DNA of 64,000 nt from NCBI GenBank assembly GCA_000004985.1, contig GG738879.1. The stretch is one strand, 5' to 3'. The DNA is from Naegleria gruberi. Taxonomy: Eukaryota. The notes below the pieces were generated by a model. That model saw only the letters and a program-made list of their open reading frames with translations, did no database searches and was not told where the DNA came from. Within the stretch, counting starts at the first letter, position 1; each line of letters starts with the position of its first letter. Made by a program: the position numbers and the translations under genes. Shown piece by piece: positions 22,907 to 32,700 of this stretch.

Positions 22907-25088
22907 TTATTGATTGTCAACCTTGATGAATAATTCCTTCAATTGGTCTTCTTCAACTTCTCCTGGAGCTTGTGTCATGATTTCATTTCCAGAACTAGAT
23001 TTAGGGAAAGCAATAACATCTCTGAGAGTCTTGGCCTTATCTTCACCACACAACAAACAAATCAATCTATCAAAACCTAAAGCCAAACCACCATGAGGAG
23101 GAGCACCATAACTCAAAGCTTCAATAAGGTGACCAAATCTGACCATAGTTCTCTCTTCTCCGAGTTCCAAAACCTTTTCCAAAACATACTTTTGCATGTC
23201 AGCTTGATGGATACGAATAGAACCACCACCCAATTCAACACCATTCAAAACACAATCGTAGTGTTGACCACGAACCTTCAAAATGTCATTAACATCATCA
23301 CTGTACAAGAGCGGAATATCTTCAGCATGTGGAGCAGTGAATGGATGGTGCATTGCGGAGAGACCTCGTGATGTGTGTAAGTGAGCTTGACCATGTTGAT
23401 CTTTGGCTCTTTCGAAAAGTTGGAAATCAATAACCCACAAGAAACGATACTTTTCTTCAATGGTATTGAATTGATAGATACCTTGTTCGGTCATGTACTT
23501 GGCACATTGTTCTCTAACTCTACCCAATCCCTTAACAGTAGTTTCCCATTCCTTATCAACAGAGAGAATCAACATATCACCTTCCTTAAGATCCAATTGT
23601 TCTCTCAATTTAGCTTGTTGTTGTTCAGTGAGCTTTCCATTCAAGAATGGTTCTTCAGGCTTACCAATCTTGGTGGAAATGATGAGACGAGTCTTTTCAA
23701 CACTCTTGGCCTTTTCAGTGAATTGGTCAATGATCTTTCTAGTCATTGTAGCACCAATTTGTTTAGCCTTAAGGGCATAAACGAAACCAGCATCAGCAAC
23801 AGTTTGATTGACAATTTCAATTTGAGATTTTTCATTCTTGAAAATTTCAGTAACATTCTTAAACTTTAAATCTTCATATCTCAAATCTGGCTTGTCACTT
23901 CCGTACATCTAATTATAATGAATATTATAAGATGATGATTATTTGAAAAACTTACATCCATAGCATCTCTATATTTCATTTGTTGGAATGGAGTCTTGAT
24001 ATCAATTCCTAAAATATCCTTCCACAACATTTTGATGAAATTTTCAATGAGAGCATAAATATCCTTTTGAGTGAGGAAAGACATTTCAAGATCGATTTGG
24101 GTGAATTCTGGTTGTCTGTCCATTCTTCCTGATTCATCTCTGTAACATCTGGCAATTTGGAAATATCTATCCATACCACCAACCATGAGAAGTTGTTTGT
24201 ATTGTTGTGGACTTTGAGTGAGAGCATAGAATTTACCCTTTTGCCTTGTTGGAACCAAGAATTCCCTGGCACCTTCTGGTGTTGATTTAAAGAGAGTTGG
24301 TGTTTCAATTTCCAAAAATCTATTCATTTCACCAAAGTATTTTCTAGTGATGGCAAGGGCCTTTGATCTAATTGACAAATTTTCAACCAATTGTCTTCTT
24401 CTCAAATCCAAATATCTATACTTGAGTCTGATTTCTTCTTCAGCATTAACCAATTGCAATGGCAAGGTCTTGGCCTTATTGAGAAGTAACAATTCAGTAG
24501 CTTCAATTTCATAGGCGCCAGTCTTCATGTTTGGATTCATCATCTCCGATGGACGTTTAGAGACAACACCACTCACAAAAACTACACTTTCATTCTTGAT
24601 TTCATTATCCTTCAAATATTCAATCACTAATTTTCACATTTTCACACCAATGATGACACACAAATAAACAATTTACAACAGATTCTAAAAAACCTACATT
24701 CTTTCTTCTTCAACATGACTTGAACAACTCCACTCACGTCACGCACAGTAACAAAAACACATTCATTTTGATTGATAATACGAATATTTTCCACCCATCC
24801 ATTCAACTTGACTTGTTTTCCAACAAGTTCATCACCAACAACTTCTCCACAATATTGATTTCTTTGATATGATTCTCCAAATGCAATTGTTTGATTCTCC
24901 GAACGAGCCTTGATAGATGAAGAAAAATTCATCATACATTCCTTGTTATTATTAAATGATGATAATGATTGATTGTTCTTCAATGTAGAGAGATTTGTAA
25001 TTCCGGAAAAAACAGCCTTTGAATTTCTCTTTAAAAGATTCCTAGCTGAGGAGGCGGAGAGCAAAGCTTTGGTTTGGTTGCGAAGCAT
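22907..25088 (-). CDS. DARS2: Aspartyl-tRNA synthetase of the bacterial/mitochondrial type. Exons 25088..24699, 24626..23956 and 23908..22907, introns 24698..24627 and 23955..23909.
   Basis: Exon 1 has a basic presequence and the anticodon-binding OB fold (RNQYCGEV…KLNGWVENIR…). Exon 2 has class II motif 1/2 (…LKYRYLDLRRRQ…ETPTLFKSTPEGAREFLVP…YFQIARCYRDE…). Exon 3 has …YRDAMD|MYGSDKPDLR… with the bacterial-type GGGSIRIH and motif 3 ALGFDRL. Both junctions are in frame, and the YGSDKPDLR motif is restored across intron 2. Confidence 0.88.
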
Positions 25089-25139
25089 TTTTTTTCAATT
25101 TTGTTTTTTTAAATTCTCTCGCTAGGACCTTTTTTGGTT

Positions 25140-25283
25140 AATTCTACGATTTACTTTTATAATATTTATAATAATACAGTATTTAATATTTATAATTACA
25201 TTTAATATTTATATTTAATACATATAATAATATTTAATATTAATAATAATACAGTATTTAATATTTAAAAAATTGTAAAATAT
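25140..25283. repeat. AT-only low-complexity microsatellite-like tract built on the units (tatttaata) and (aatattta). It lies between the trpB 3' end and the AspRS 5' end.
   Basis: Direct reading shows repeated 'cagtatttaatatttat…atttaatatttatatttaata…atatttaatattaataataatacagtatttaatattt'. Confidence 0.6.
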
Positions 25284-26588
25284 TTAAAGAGTTAAAGGAT
25301 AATCAAATTCACCCTTCTTAATCATATCGTACACTTGTTCTACATCCTTATCACCACGTCCACTCAAATTGACCACAACAATATCATCATCCTTCAATTG
25401 ATTATTCTTGGCCATCTCAACCACATAGGCAAGAGCATGTGAACTTTCCAATGCAGGAATAATTCCCTCAGATTTTGACAATAACATGAATGCTTCCAAT
25501 ACTTGTTTCTTTGAAACTGTATAATATTCACATCTTCCAATTGATTTCAGATAGGAGTGAATTGAACCAACAGATGGATAGTCAAGACCAGCAGCAACTG
25601 AGTATGTTTTCTTTGGTTCTCCATTCTCATCGAGTAAACAGAGTGATTTAAAACCGTGGAGAATGTATGGAACACCTTCAGTGAGAGTTGGAGCTTCAAT
25701 TGGTTCAATGCCAAGTAATCTGACTTTTTCATCTTCACCCTTTCTGAGATAGTGAGAGAATGCACCAATGGCATTGGATCCACCACCAACACAAGCAATT
25801 ACCATGGTTGGGAGTTTGTTTTCTGCTTGGAGAATTTGTTGTCTTGATTCTTCTGAAATGACTGATTGGAAATGCTTGACCATATTTGGGAATGGACATG
25901 GTCCAACTGCAGAACCAAGTAAATAGAAAGTGTTTTCATAATTTTGAACCAAATCACCCAATGCTTCATCAACAGCATCTCTCAATCTTCCTTGTCCTTT
26001 TGTTACAGGAATAACCTTAGCTCCCAACATTTGCATTCTGAAAACATTCAAAGATTGTCTCCTACAATCCTCAGCTCCCATGTAAATGACACATTCTATA
26101 TTGCCGAATAAAGCACAGACCGCAGCCACAGCAGATCCATGTTGTCCTGCACCTGTCTCTGCAATAATTCTCTTTGCTCCCATACGTTTTGCTAGGAGAA
26201 TTTGTCCAATGCAATTATTAATTTTGTGAGAGCCCAAGTGAGCTGTATCTTCACGTTTGAGATAAATTTTGGCATTGGTTCCCAATTGCTTGGCAAAATT
26301 ACGAGCAGGAGAAAGTGGAGTTGGACGACCTACGAAATCACGAAGTAAATCTCTAAATTCCTTATTGAACTCTTCATCATCCTTATATTTCAAAAATTCA
26401 TCACGTAATCTCTCCAAAACCTTTTGCAATTGTGGAGGAACATGACAACCACCAAATTGGCATGATTCATCTTTAGTAATTCCATAAATTCCATTCATTT
26501 CATCATAATCATCAGCAATTATGCAATTTGGAACTGATCCATTCTTGGAAATTTGAACATCAACTTGTGAATTGGCAGTGGCAGACAT
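25284..26588 (-). CDS. trpB: Tryptophan synthase beta chain (PLP-dependent, TrpB). It stands alone, with no fused TrpA.
   Basis: HLGSHKINN (PLP-lysine motif), GAGQHG, GGGSNAIG and a C-terminal …LSGRGDKDV… are all present. Single exon with ATG at 26588. No alpha-chain-like sequence is fused or adjacent. Confidence 0.88.
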   Translation of the reverse strand: MSATANSQVDVQISKNGSVPNCIIADDYDEMNGIYGITKDESCQFGGCHVPPQLQKVLERLRDEFLKYKDDEEFNKEFRDLLRDFVGRPTPLSPARNFAKQLGTNAKIYLKREDTAHLGSHKINNCIGQILLAKRMGAKRIIAETGAGQHGSAVAAVCALFGNIECVIYMGAEDCRRQSLNVFRMQMLGAKVIPVTKGQGRLRDAVDEALGDLVQNYENTFYLLGSAVGPCPFPNMVKHFQSVISEESRQQILQAENKLPTMVIACVGGGSNAIGAFSHYLRKGEDEKVRLLGIEPIEAPTLTEGVPYILHGFKSLCLLDENGEPKKTYSVAAGLDYPSVGSIHSYLKSIGRCEYYTVSKKQVLEAFMLLSKSEGIIPALESSHALAYVVEMAKNNQLKDDDIVVVNLSGRGDKDVEQVYDMIKKGEFDYPLTL

Positions 26589-27356
26589 TTTATATAGTAG
26601 TAGTAGTAATGAGTTGTTTTTTTACAAATTGTTCTGATAAAAAGTGTATCTCTTAGTGGGAGAATTAAAATGCACGACAATAAGAAATTGAATCTTCTTT
26701 GAAAAAATCTAATATGGAAAGAATCATTATTTTGATGACCATACAAGATGATTGTGTGATGTGAAAATAGATGATTCTCTACTGTTGAATGCATGACAAC
26801 TTACTTTCGCTGTTTTTTTTAAATTGTGTTTTTATCCACAATGCTCTTTTACTGTTTCTTTAAATATTCACACACACGAACACGACAATAATTACGAGAG
26901 ATAAAATCAAATACCACTATTACAATGAGAAGAATAGCATCAGTGAGAAAATGATGATGCATTTCACACTAAACAATTCTCCGTGAAATTGCAGCATGTT
27001 ACTGATCAGGGGAAGAGTGTTTACAAAAAGATCTTCATTCTTAGAGGAATTTTTTAAACTCCTCAACTATTTGACTGTGTGGGAGTTTTTAGCTGATATT
27101 TTTCCTCTCGATAAAAATTGGAATGCTTTCCATAATTGGTTGAAATACTAGAATTGTGGCGTATGGTATTGAGGTAATTGTGGCGTTTTTAAACTCCTTT
27201 TGACCTCCTTACTTAGAGGAAATAAAGATTTTAATTTTTACAAATGGAGTTTGCTTATATATACAATAGTAAATTCATTTCTGCTGGTTATACAACTGGA
27301 GCAAGCAACTGGAGAAGAAAACGGTACTTTTCAAATCATGTTGAAAAGAATAAAAA

Positions 27357-27474
27357 GACTACAGCACCACAGGTTCCCAAGTTGTCTCCAACCTCAGTAC
27401 TGATGTGGCTCGACGATGCTTAACTTCTCAAATCGGACGGGATGAGGTGCATTCATCGTGATATGGCCGTAGCC
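27357..27474 (-). rRNA. 5S ribosomal RNA gene, copy 1.
   Basis: The reverse complement reads GGCTACGGCCATATCACG…CCGTCCGATTTGAGAAGTTAAGCATCG…CATCAGTACTGAGGTTGGAGACAACTTGGGAACCTGTGGTGCTGTAGTC. This contains the conserved 5S blocks (GAUCUCGGAAGCUAAGC-like, AGUACU, GGGAA…GGUGCUGUAG). The 5' and 3' ends can pair as helix I. A T-run Pol III terminator follows immediately downstream on the minus strand. Confidence 0.85.
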
Positions 27475-27784
27475 ATCTACAACCTCAAAAATATTATGAT
27501 CAACAGTAGCCATTCGATATCTTACTTCATAAATTTATTGATTTCGTTCGTTTAATGGATGTGTGTCAACTGGTTCTTATTAGCAATTGAGATGGTATTA
27601 TTGCTAATAAGAATCATACATCTAATCATGGCAGAATACTTTTCAAGTTCAGTAGCTTTCCAATGATTGAATTTCTCAGTAAGAGCATTGAAATCACCAC
27701 AATTATCAAATGAAGGACAGTATAATAGAAAGCTAGGAATCAGAATAGAATTGAGCTAATGAGCTGTCAATCAAGTATAAAAAA

Positions 27785-28525
27785 ATGAATAATTTGGCAG
27801 GTGATGAGTTTTTTAACATCACAAACTTTCTTTTACTTCCTGAAATTCATAATTTGCAACTTTGTTGTAAATCTTTTTATGATTTGATTCAAAATTCCGA
27901 CTTCTTGTGGAAAGAACAATTGGAATACTATTTCCGATATTCTTTGATTAGAGGTTTAGTTTTCTCTAGCCGATTGTGGTTTGGGGAGGAAAGCAATCCG
28001 AAAATAATAATGAAGATTTTAATATCTAATATTCCAAAGTGTAATTACAATGAGAGTAATACTGCAGAGTTTTCATACTCCATGTCATTATTCGAAAGTG
28101 GAGGAAATTTACATAATTCAGCCGAATTAATAATTTTATGTACAGTGCTTCGAGTTTTGAATATCAAACAGTTGGATCATGTCGTTCTCTACAAACAGAC
28201 ACTTTCATTGGAAACTATTGAAACTATTTCCATTCCATTAACTCAGTTTAGTTTCTTTTTATTGAACTCATGGAATTATTTACCTTATTTATTTAATAAT
28301 TCGAATGATGAACAGAAAGTTGTTTATGGAATAGGTCATGAAGGAAAAGTTACCTGTTACTATTCGAAACTAATTCATCATTTACCTTGGATTGAAGATA
28401 ATAGAGTGGAATGGCATTCATCCAACACTGCTGAAATACTTCCTGATTTAAAAAATCAATTAACAATAATTTCAACAATGATTGACAAGGAAGAAAAAAC
28501 AGTATTTACAACGCTTTATAAATGA
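27785..28525 (+). CDS. Hypothetical protein with an N-terminal F-box-like motif.
   Basis: ATG at 27785. …ITNFLLLPEIHNLQLCCKSFYDLIQNSDFLWKE… resembles an F-box. The rest is uncharacterised. Single exon. Confidence 0.5.
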   Translation: MNNLAGDEFFNITNFLLLPEIHNLQLCCKSFYDLIQNSDFLWKEQLEYYFRYSLIRGLVFSSRLWFGEESNPKIIMKILISNIPKCNYNESNTAEFSYSMSLFESGGNLHNSAELIILCTVLRVLNIKQLDHVVLYKQTLSLETIETISIPLTQFSFFLLNSWNYLPYLFNNSNDEQKVVYGIGHEGKVTCYYSKLIHHLPWIEDNRVEWHSSNTAEILPDLKNQLTIISTMIDKEEKTVFTTLYK

Positions 28526-28770
28526 ATTATATTTAAATATGAAATATAATCAAGTGGCTTGAGGTGTTGTAATTCATTGGTTTTTTGATTATTTGAGAAA
28601 TACTTAAATTTTTGCTGACTTTACAACAGAGACTTTCTATTTCTTTAAATTTAGAATTTGAACCTTTTATTTGAATCTGCAAGTTTGCACATTTATCACG
28701 TTTCCAAAATTATTCAATTATCTTATTCAATCTAATCAACCAAAACTTAACAATACAAAAAAAAAATAGA

Positions 28771-29811
28771 ATGATATTAATTTTAGATTCTCATCTTAAT
28801 CTCGGTCCATTAAATACATTACTATCCAATACCTTCAAGGAAACTTCACAACAATCAATAATTGAGAGCAAGAGAATACAAGATAGATTCATCAAACAGT
28901 TTAGAAATTTTACTAAATATTTTAAACAATTCAACTCTATTGATTTATTATTCCAAGCAATAGTTGACAGGTCACTTGAAAAAAGATTTCCTTTCCCTCA
29001 CGATTTTTACCCAATCATTAATTCGATTCTTCCAATTCCAAACATGTTTTATTGTAATAATTATTATCAGGAATGTGTACGGATTGATTTTATGCAATTT
29101 TTCTATTATACGAAAACAACAAAATTTGTTGAATTCCTTCAGGTGAAGGAAAATAATTTGAAAGAAGCTTTTGAGATGGTGGTTGGGTTTAGATCAAAGG
29201 ATGTTATTGACTGTTGTAATCAAACAGAATTTCATGAGTTAGTAAAGATTGCATGTGAAATTTATCCGAATGTGCCAGAACTGCTTTCGAATAGAATTCT
29301 CAATGATGAAGCAATATTTTGGTTGTTGTGTTCAAACAGTGAGATTCTAATGGATGTTGGAGATGAACAATATTCAACAATAATGAATTTCCTTGAGGAA
29401 CATGTTTCAACTATTTGTAAATTTATTGGAGATTGTGACAGCTTATCATTTGATTATGCTTGGATTGATTATGAACCAGAATGTCATTATTATAGTGCCA
29501 AAAGAGTATTAGATATTTTCATTAAAATACTTATCAGATGTGAAGAAAGAAATCCAATACTCGAGCTTGAACAAATTCAAAGAGAATTCAATTCCAGATT
29601 TGACAGAATTATGGGTATTGATAAGGAAAAGAGAGATGATGAATACCATTATGTTTTTGGTATGGGTCCAAGACCAAAGTATGATAGTGATGATTATATG
29701 GATGAAAGTGAAGACGAAATTGAGGAAGAAACAGAAGATGAAATGGAAGATGAATACCAAGATGAGAGTGAAGACTATTTAGAGGATAAATACGATATTA
29801 AACTTGTGTAG
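28771..29811 (+). CDS. Hypothetical protein with a strongly acidic D/E-rich C-terminal tail.
   Basis: ATG at 28771. A 346-aa frame with coding-like codon usage. No domain recognised. Confidence 0.45.
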   Translation: MILILDSHLNLGPLNTLLSNTFKETSQQSIIESKRIQDRFIKQFRNFTKYFKQFNSIDLLFQAIVDRSLEKRFPFPHDFYPIINSILPIPNMFYCNNYYQECVRIDFMQFFYYTKTTKFVEFLQVKENNLKEAFEMVVGFRSKDVIDCCNQTEFHELVKIACEIYPNVPELLSNRILNDEAIFWLLCSNSEILMDVGDEQYSTIMNFLEEHVSTICKFIGDCDSLSFDYAWIDYEPECHYYSAKRVLDIFIKILIRCEERNPILELEQIQREFNSRFDRIMGIDKEKRDDEYHYVFGMGPRPKYDSDDYMDESEDEIEEETEDEMEDEYQDESEDYLEDKYDIKLV

Positions 29812-30332
29812 TAAATAGAATAAGAATAATTGTTCCTTAGTATCGTTCCTTAATTAAGTGAGGTGGCAAAAAATCCTCAACAATATCATAGTGATTCACA
29901 TTACTACATTATCACAAATGTTCGGAAAGAGGGAGGACCACAATATTAATCAGCTTCAACCTAACCATGAAGAGAGGAGCTACGATGCATCTGAAGTAAA
30001 AATTGGAGATAGTGGTGTTTTGCTAGTGATACGTTGAAACAAGACAAAGAAATTGCAAAAAAAGTAATTAAGCAAAATCATTGGGCAATTGACATGGTAG
30101 ATCAACGCACTCTAGCTGAGATAATTCATTAAGACAATTTCTTGGATGACTTGTCAAAACAAAACGGTATTGATTACTCCCATTTGAAACCAGAATATCC
30201 AAAAATTGATCACAGTGCCTACTCAAATTATCAATAAGTTTTCTGGGTTTCCAGTGAGATTCCGAGTAGGTAAGGAAGAAAGGAATGTTTTTTGGAGAAA
30301 TTTGAACTGTAAAATTATTGTAAAGATGAAAA

Positions 30333-30450
30333 GACTACAGCACCACAGGTTCCCAAGTTGTCTCCAACCTTAGCACTGATGTGGCTCGACGATGCTTAAC
30401 TTCTCAAATCGGACGGGATGAGGTGCATTCATCGTGATATGGCCGTAGTC
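30333..30450 (-). rRNA. 5S ribosomal RNA gene, copy 2, a variant.
   Basis: It matches copy 1 at 115 of 118 positions. The differences are at the 5' end (GACTACGG… versus GGCTACGG…) and in the AGUACU block (GTGCTAAG versus GTACTGAG). A T-run terminator lies downstream on the minus strand. Flanking DNA is unrelated to copy 1. Confidence 0.8.
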
Positions 30451-31135
30451 ATATATTTTCTTTAATTGTGAAATATAATTGTATCTGTAGTTTTTCGACA
30501 ACAGACACATGTCCTGTACAACAATGAAATTGAGCATTGCCTATGACAAGTAAATGCATGGATGTGAGCTTCAAAATATGAAAGTTACATTTTCCAAAAA
30601 TATAAATAGATAGCAAGTGGGTTGAACGATTGAAATTGTCTCTTGTTCAATTAAAAAAAAGAAACCTACTGCAATGAATACACTAGCTATTATGATTATA
30701 GATTTATTGAGCCCTCTTGTACTTTTACTAATCAATTAATAGTTGAGAATAGAGTTTAAGAGGGCTGACAATTATTTCTCTCACTCAGTATTTGCAGAAT
30801 TGTAAATCCACAGCACTCCTAATATCAAGAACAAAACCACAATTATATGATAGTAGATTGAATCAATTCAGTTTTAAATAAATCTCTGTTGTACAATTCA
30901 CTTAATATTAAACTATTCTCATAAATCAAAGTACTCTAAATACTGGAGCACGCTTCACTTCTTAAACAATCAACAATAATGAAAAGAGTTTCTATATAAT
31001 CAACTGAACTACTGCCTCAAACACATTCTGGACAATAGGCAACTTCAGTTCTGAACAATAATCAGATCTGTCTTCTGGATATTTAATTTTCTTCTTTTTT
31101 TATTTACAAATTTAGGATAATTTACAAGTATTAGT

Positions 31136-31432
31136 TTACATCTTTTTCGATTTGGTAATCTTCTTAGTTGTGGTGGTTGATTGTTTAGCTCTCTTTTCAA
31201 TTGAATTTTTCGAAGATCTTTTCACTGAAATTTGTTTACCATTTAAATTTGCATGATGATAATCAATATCATTACGATGTCTTGTTCCACTTATAATATT
31301 TGAAGTATCAATATCAAATAATGGTAATCTTTTAGATAAATCTACTGGTTTAGATCTTGACCATTCTGTTTTTGTTGGAATTCTATCTTCGGAAGATGAA
31401 GAAGTATTTGATGAAGTATTTCTAGCTGGCAT
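31136..31432 (-). CDS. Small basic S/T/N-rich protein, member of a local paralogous pair.
   Basis: ATG at 31432. The protein …DIDTSNIISGTRHRNDIDYHHANLNGKQISVKRSSKNS… resembles the protein of the plus-strand ORF at 32029 (…NIVGGTRKRNSIDYKTLNSIGSETSKTSKS…). Confidence 0.35.
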   Translation of the reverse strand: MPARNTSSNTSSSSEDRIPTKTEWSRSKPVDLSKRLPLFDIDTSNIISGTRHRNDIDYHHANLNGKQISVKRSSKNSIEKRAKQSTTTTKKITKSKKM

Positions 31433-31590
31433 TTTGCTGTTAGTTTTTGTTATTTAGTTATTTTGTTTTGTTGTGGAAATATCATTATCGATACCAGTTG
31501 ATCTATTTATTTCCATGATGATTTCCACTAATTTTGTGATTCCGATTTTTAGTGGATTTTCCACTCATCACAAGAAGTTGAATTTTTCTA

Positions 31591-32028
31591 TTAATATTTT
31601 GATGAAAGGAAATTTCATGAAAATCAACAACAAAAGAAAATAACAAAACAACATGTTCTAGGCGATTTATTTCGCTTAAATTTTAGGCGAAATTTATCTA
31701 GGCGAATAAAATCTGCATGCTTGGGTCATGCGAAATTTATCCTTATGGTCATAACTTCCATAAATATTGAATATGTTGAGAAAAGGTGTTTATCATTCTA
31801 CTTTTCCAATGTTGGAGGTATGAACAACAAGGTCAAAACCATCGTCACAAGTCATATTTTATATGGTGTTAAAGATTGGACTCTTTCTACCTGATTCAAT
31901 AAGATANNNNNNNNNNNNNNNNNNNNNNNNNNNNNNNNNNNNNNNNNNNNNNNNNNATTAATATTTTGATGAAAGGAAATTTAATGAAAATCAACAACAA
32001 AAGAAAATAACAAAATAACAATAAGAAA
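31591..32028 (+). repeat. Direct duplication of a ~65-70 bp leader/promoter segment (ttaatattttgatgaaaggaaatttcatgaaaatcaacaacaaaagaaaataacaaaa…) on both sides of the gap.
   Basis: Copy A is at 31591..31655 and ends in ATGTTCTAG. Copy B is at 31957..32028 and runs into the ATG of the 32029 gene. The copies are about 95% identical by eye. Confidence 0.7.
31907..31956. other. Assembly gap (run of 50 N).
   Basis: A literal run of 50 'n' characters. Nearly identical sequence (31591..31655 versus 31957..32028) lies on either side, which suggests a collapsed local duplication. Confidence 0.95.
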
Positions 32029-32244
32029 ATGGTCTCAACAAGAAGAAATATGTATAATTCCTCCAATAACACTTCACAATTTAATTCCGAAATTTCTCTG
32101 GATAATATTGTGGGTGGAACAAGAAAAAGAAATTCAATTGATTACAAAACATTGAATTCTATTGGAAGTGAAACAAGTAAAACTTCCAAATCTCAATCAC
32201 ATAATACTTTAGAAATGAGAAACAAACAATTCAAAATGTGGTAA
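32029..32244 (+). CDS. Small basic S/T/N-rich protein, paralogous to 31136..31432.
   Basis: ATG at 32029, immediately after duplicated leader copy B. It shares the …GGTRKRNSIDY… motif with the minus-strand paralog. Confidence 0.35.
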   Translation: MVSTRRNMYNSSNNTSQFNSEISLDNIVGGTRKRNSIDYKTLNSIGSETSKTSKSQSHNTLEMRNKQFKMW

Positions 32245-32700
32245 TCTCCATTTTACTCAAATTTTGTAAAACCTAGGCAATCATTGTAAATAAATTGTAA
32301 AATAGTAACTGGAAAGAACAATGCCAATCAATTTTTCAATCAAAAAAATTGCCAAGAAATGAAAAGTATCATGTGAAAAATATTTGGTCAATCGAGAAAA
32401 ATAGAAACCTTTCAAAAATTCACCAAGTTCAACAATAGTTTAACAATACATCATAGTAGTTTCGGATCATCATCATTTTCTTCCAATTTTAATATAAATT
32501 TTGATGAAATAACTGTTGAAAAAGATGATGATAATCCATCTGCTCTCTATTTGCACAGTTTAGTCTTGTTGGATTATTCGAATATTATTAACGAAAATAT
32601 CAATGATTTACTCTTGTCGGCATCAGAGAGTGGATTCCAATTAATTGGCCATACTTAGAGGAAAATAGAAATATATAAACATTTCCAAATTTGTAGTGAA

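Noticed and set aside
27200-27403. 67-aa ORF overlapping 5S rRNA copy 1.
   Set aside because: The sequence is a highly conserved 5S rRNA with a Pol III terminator, so the ORF is fortuitous.
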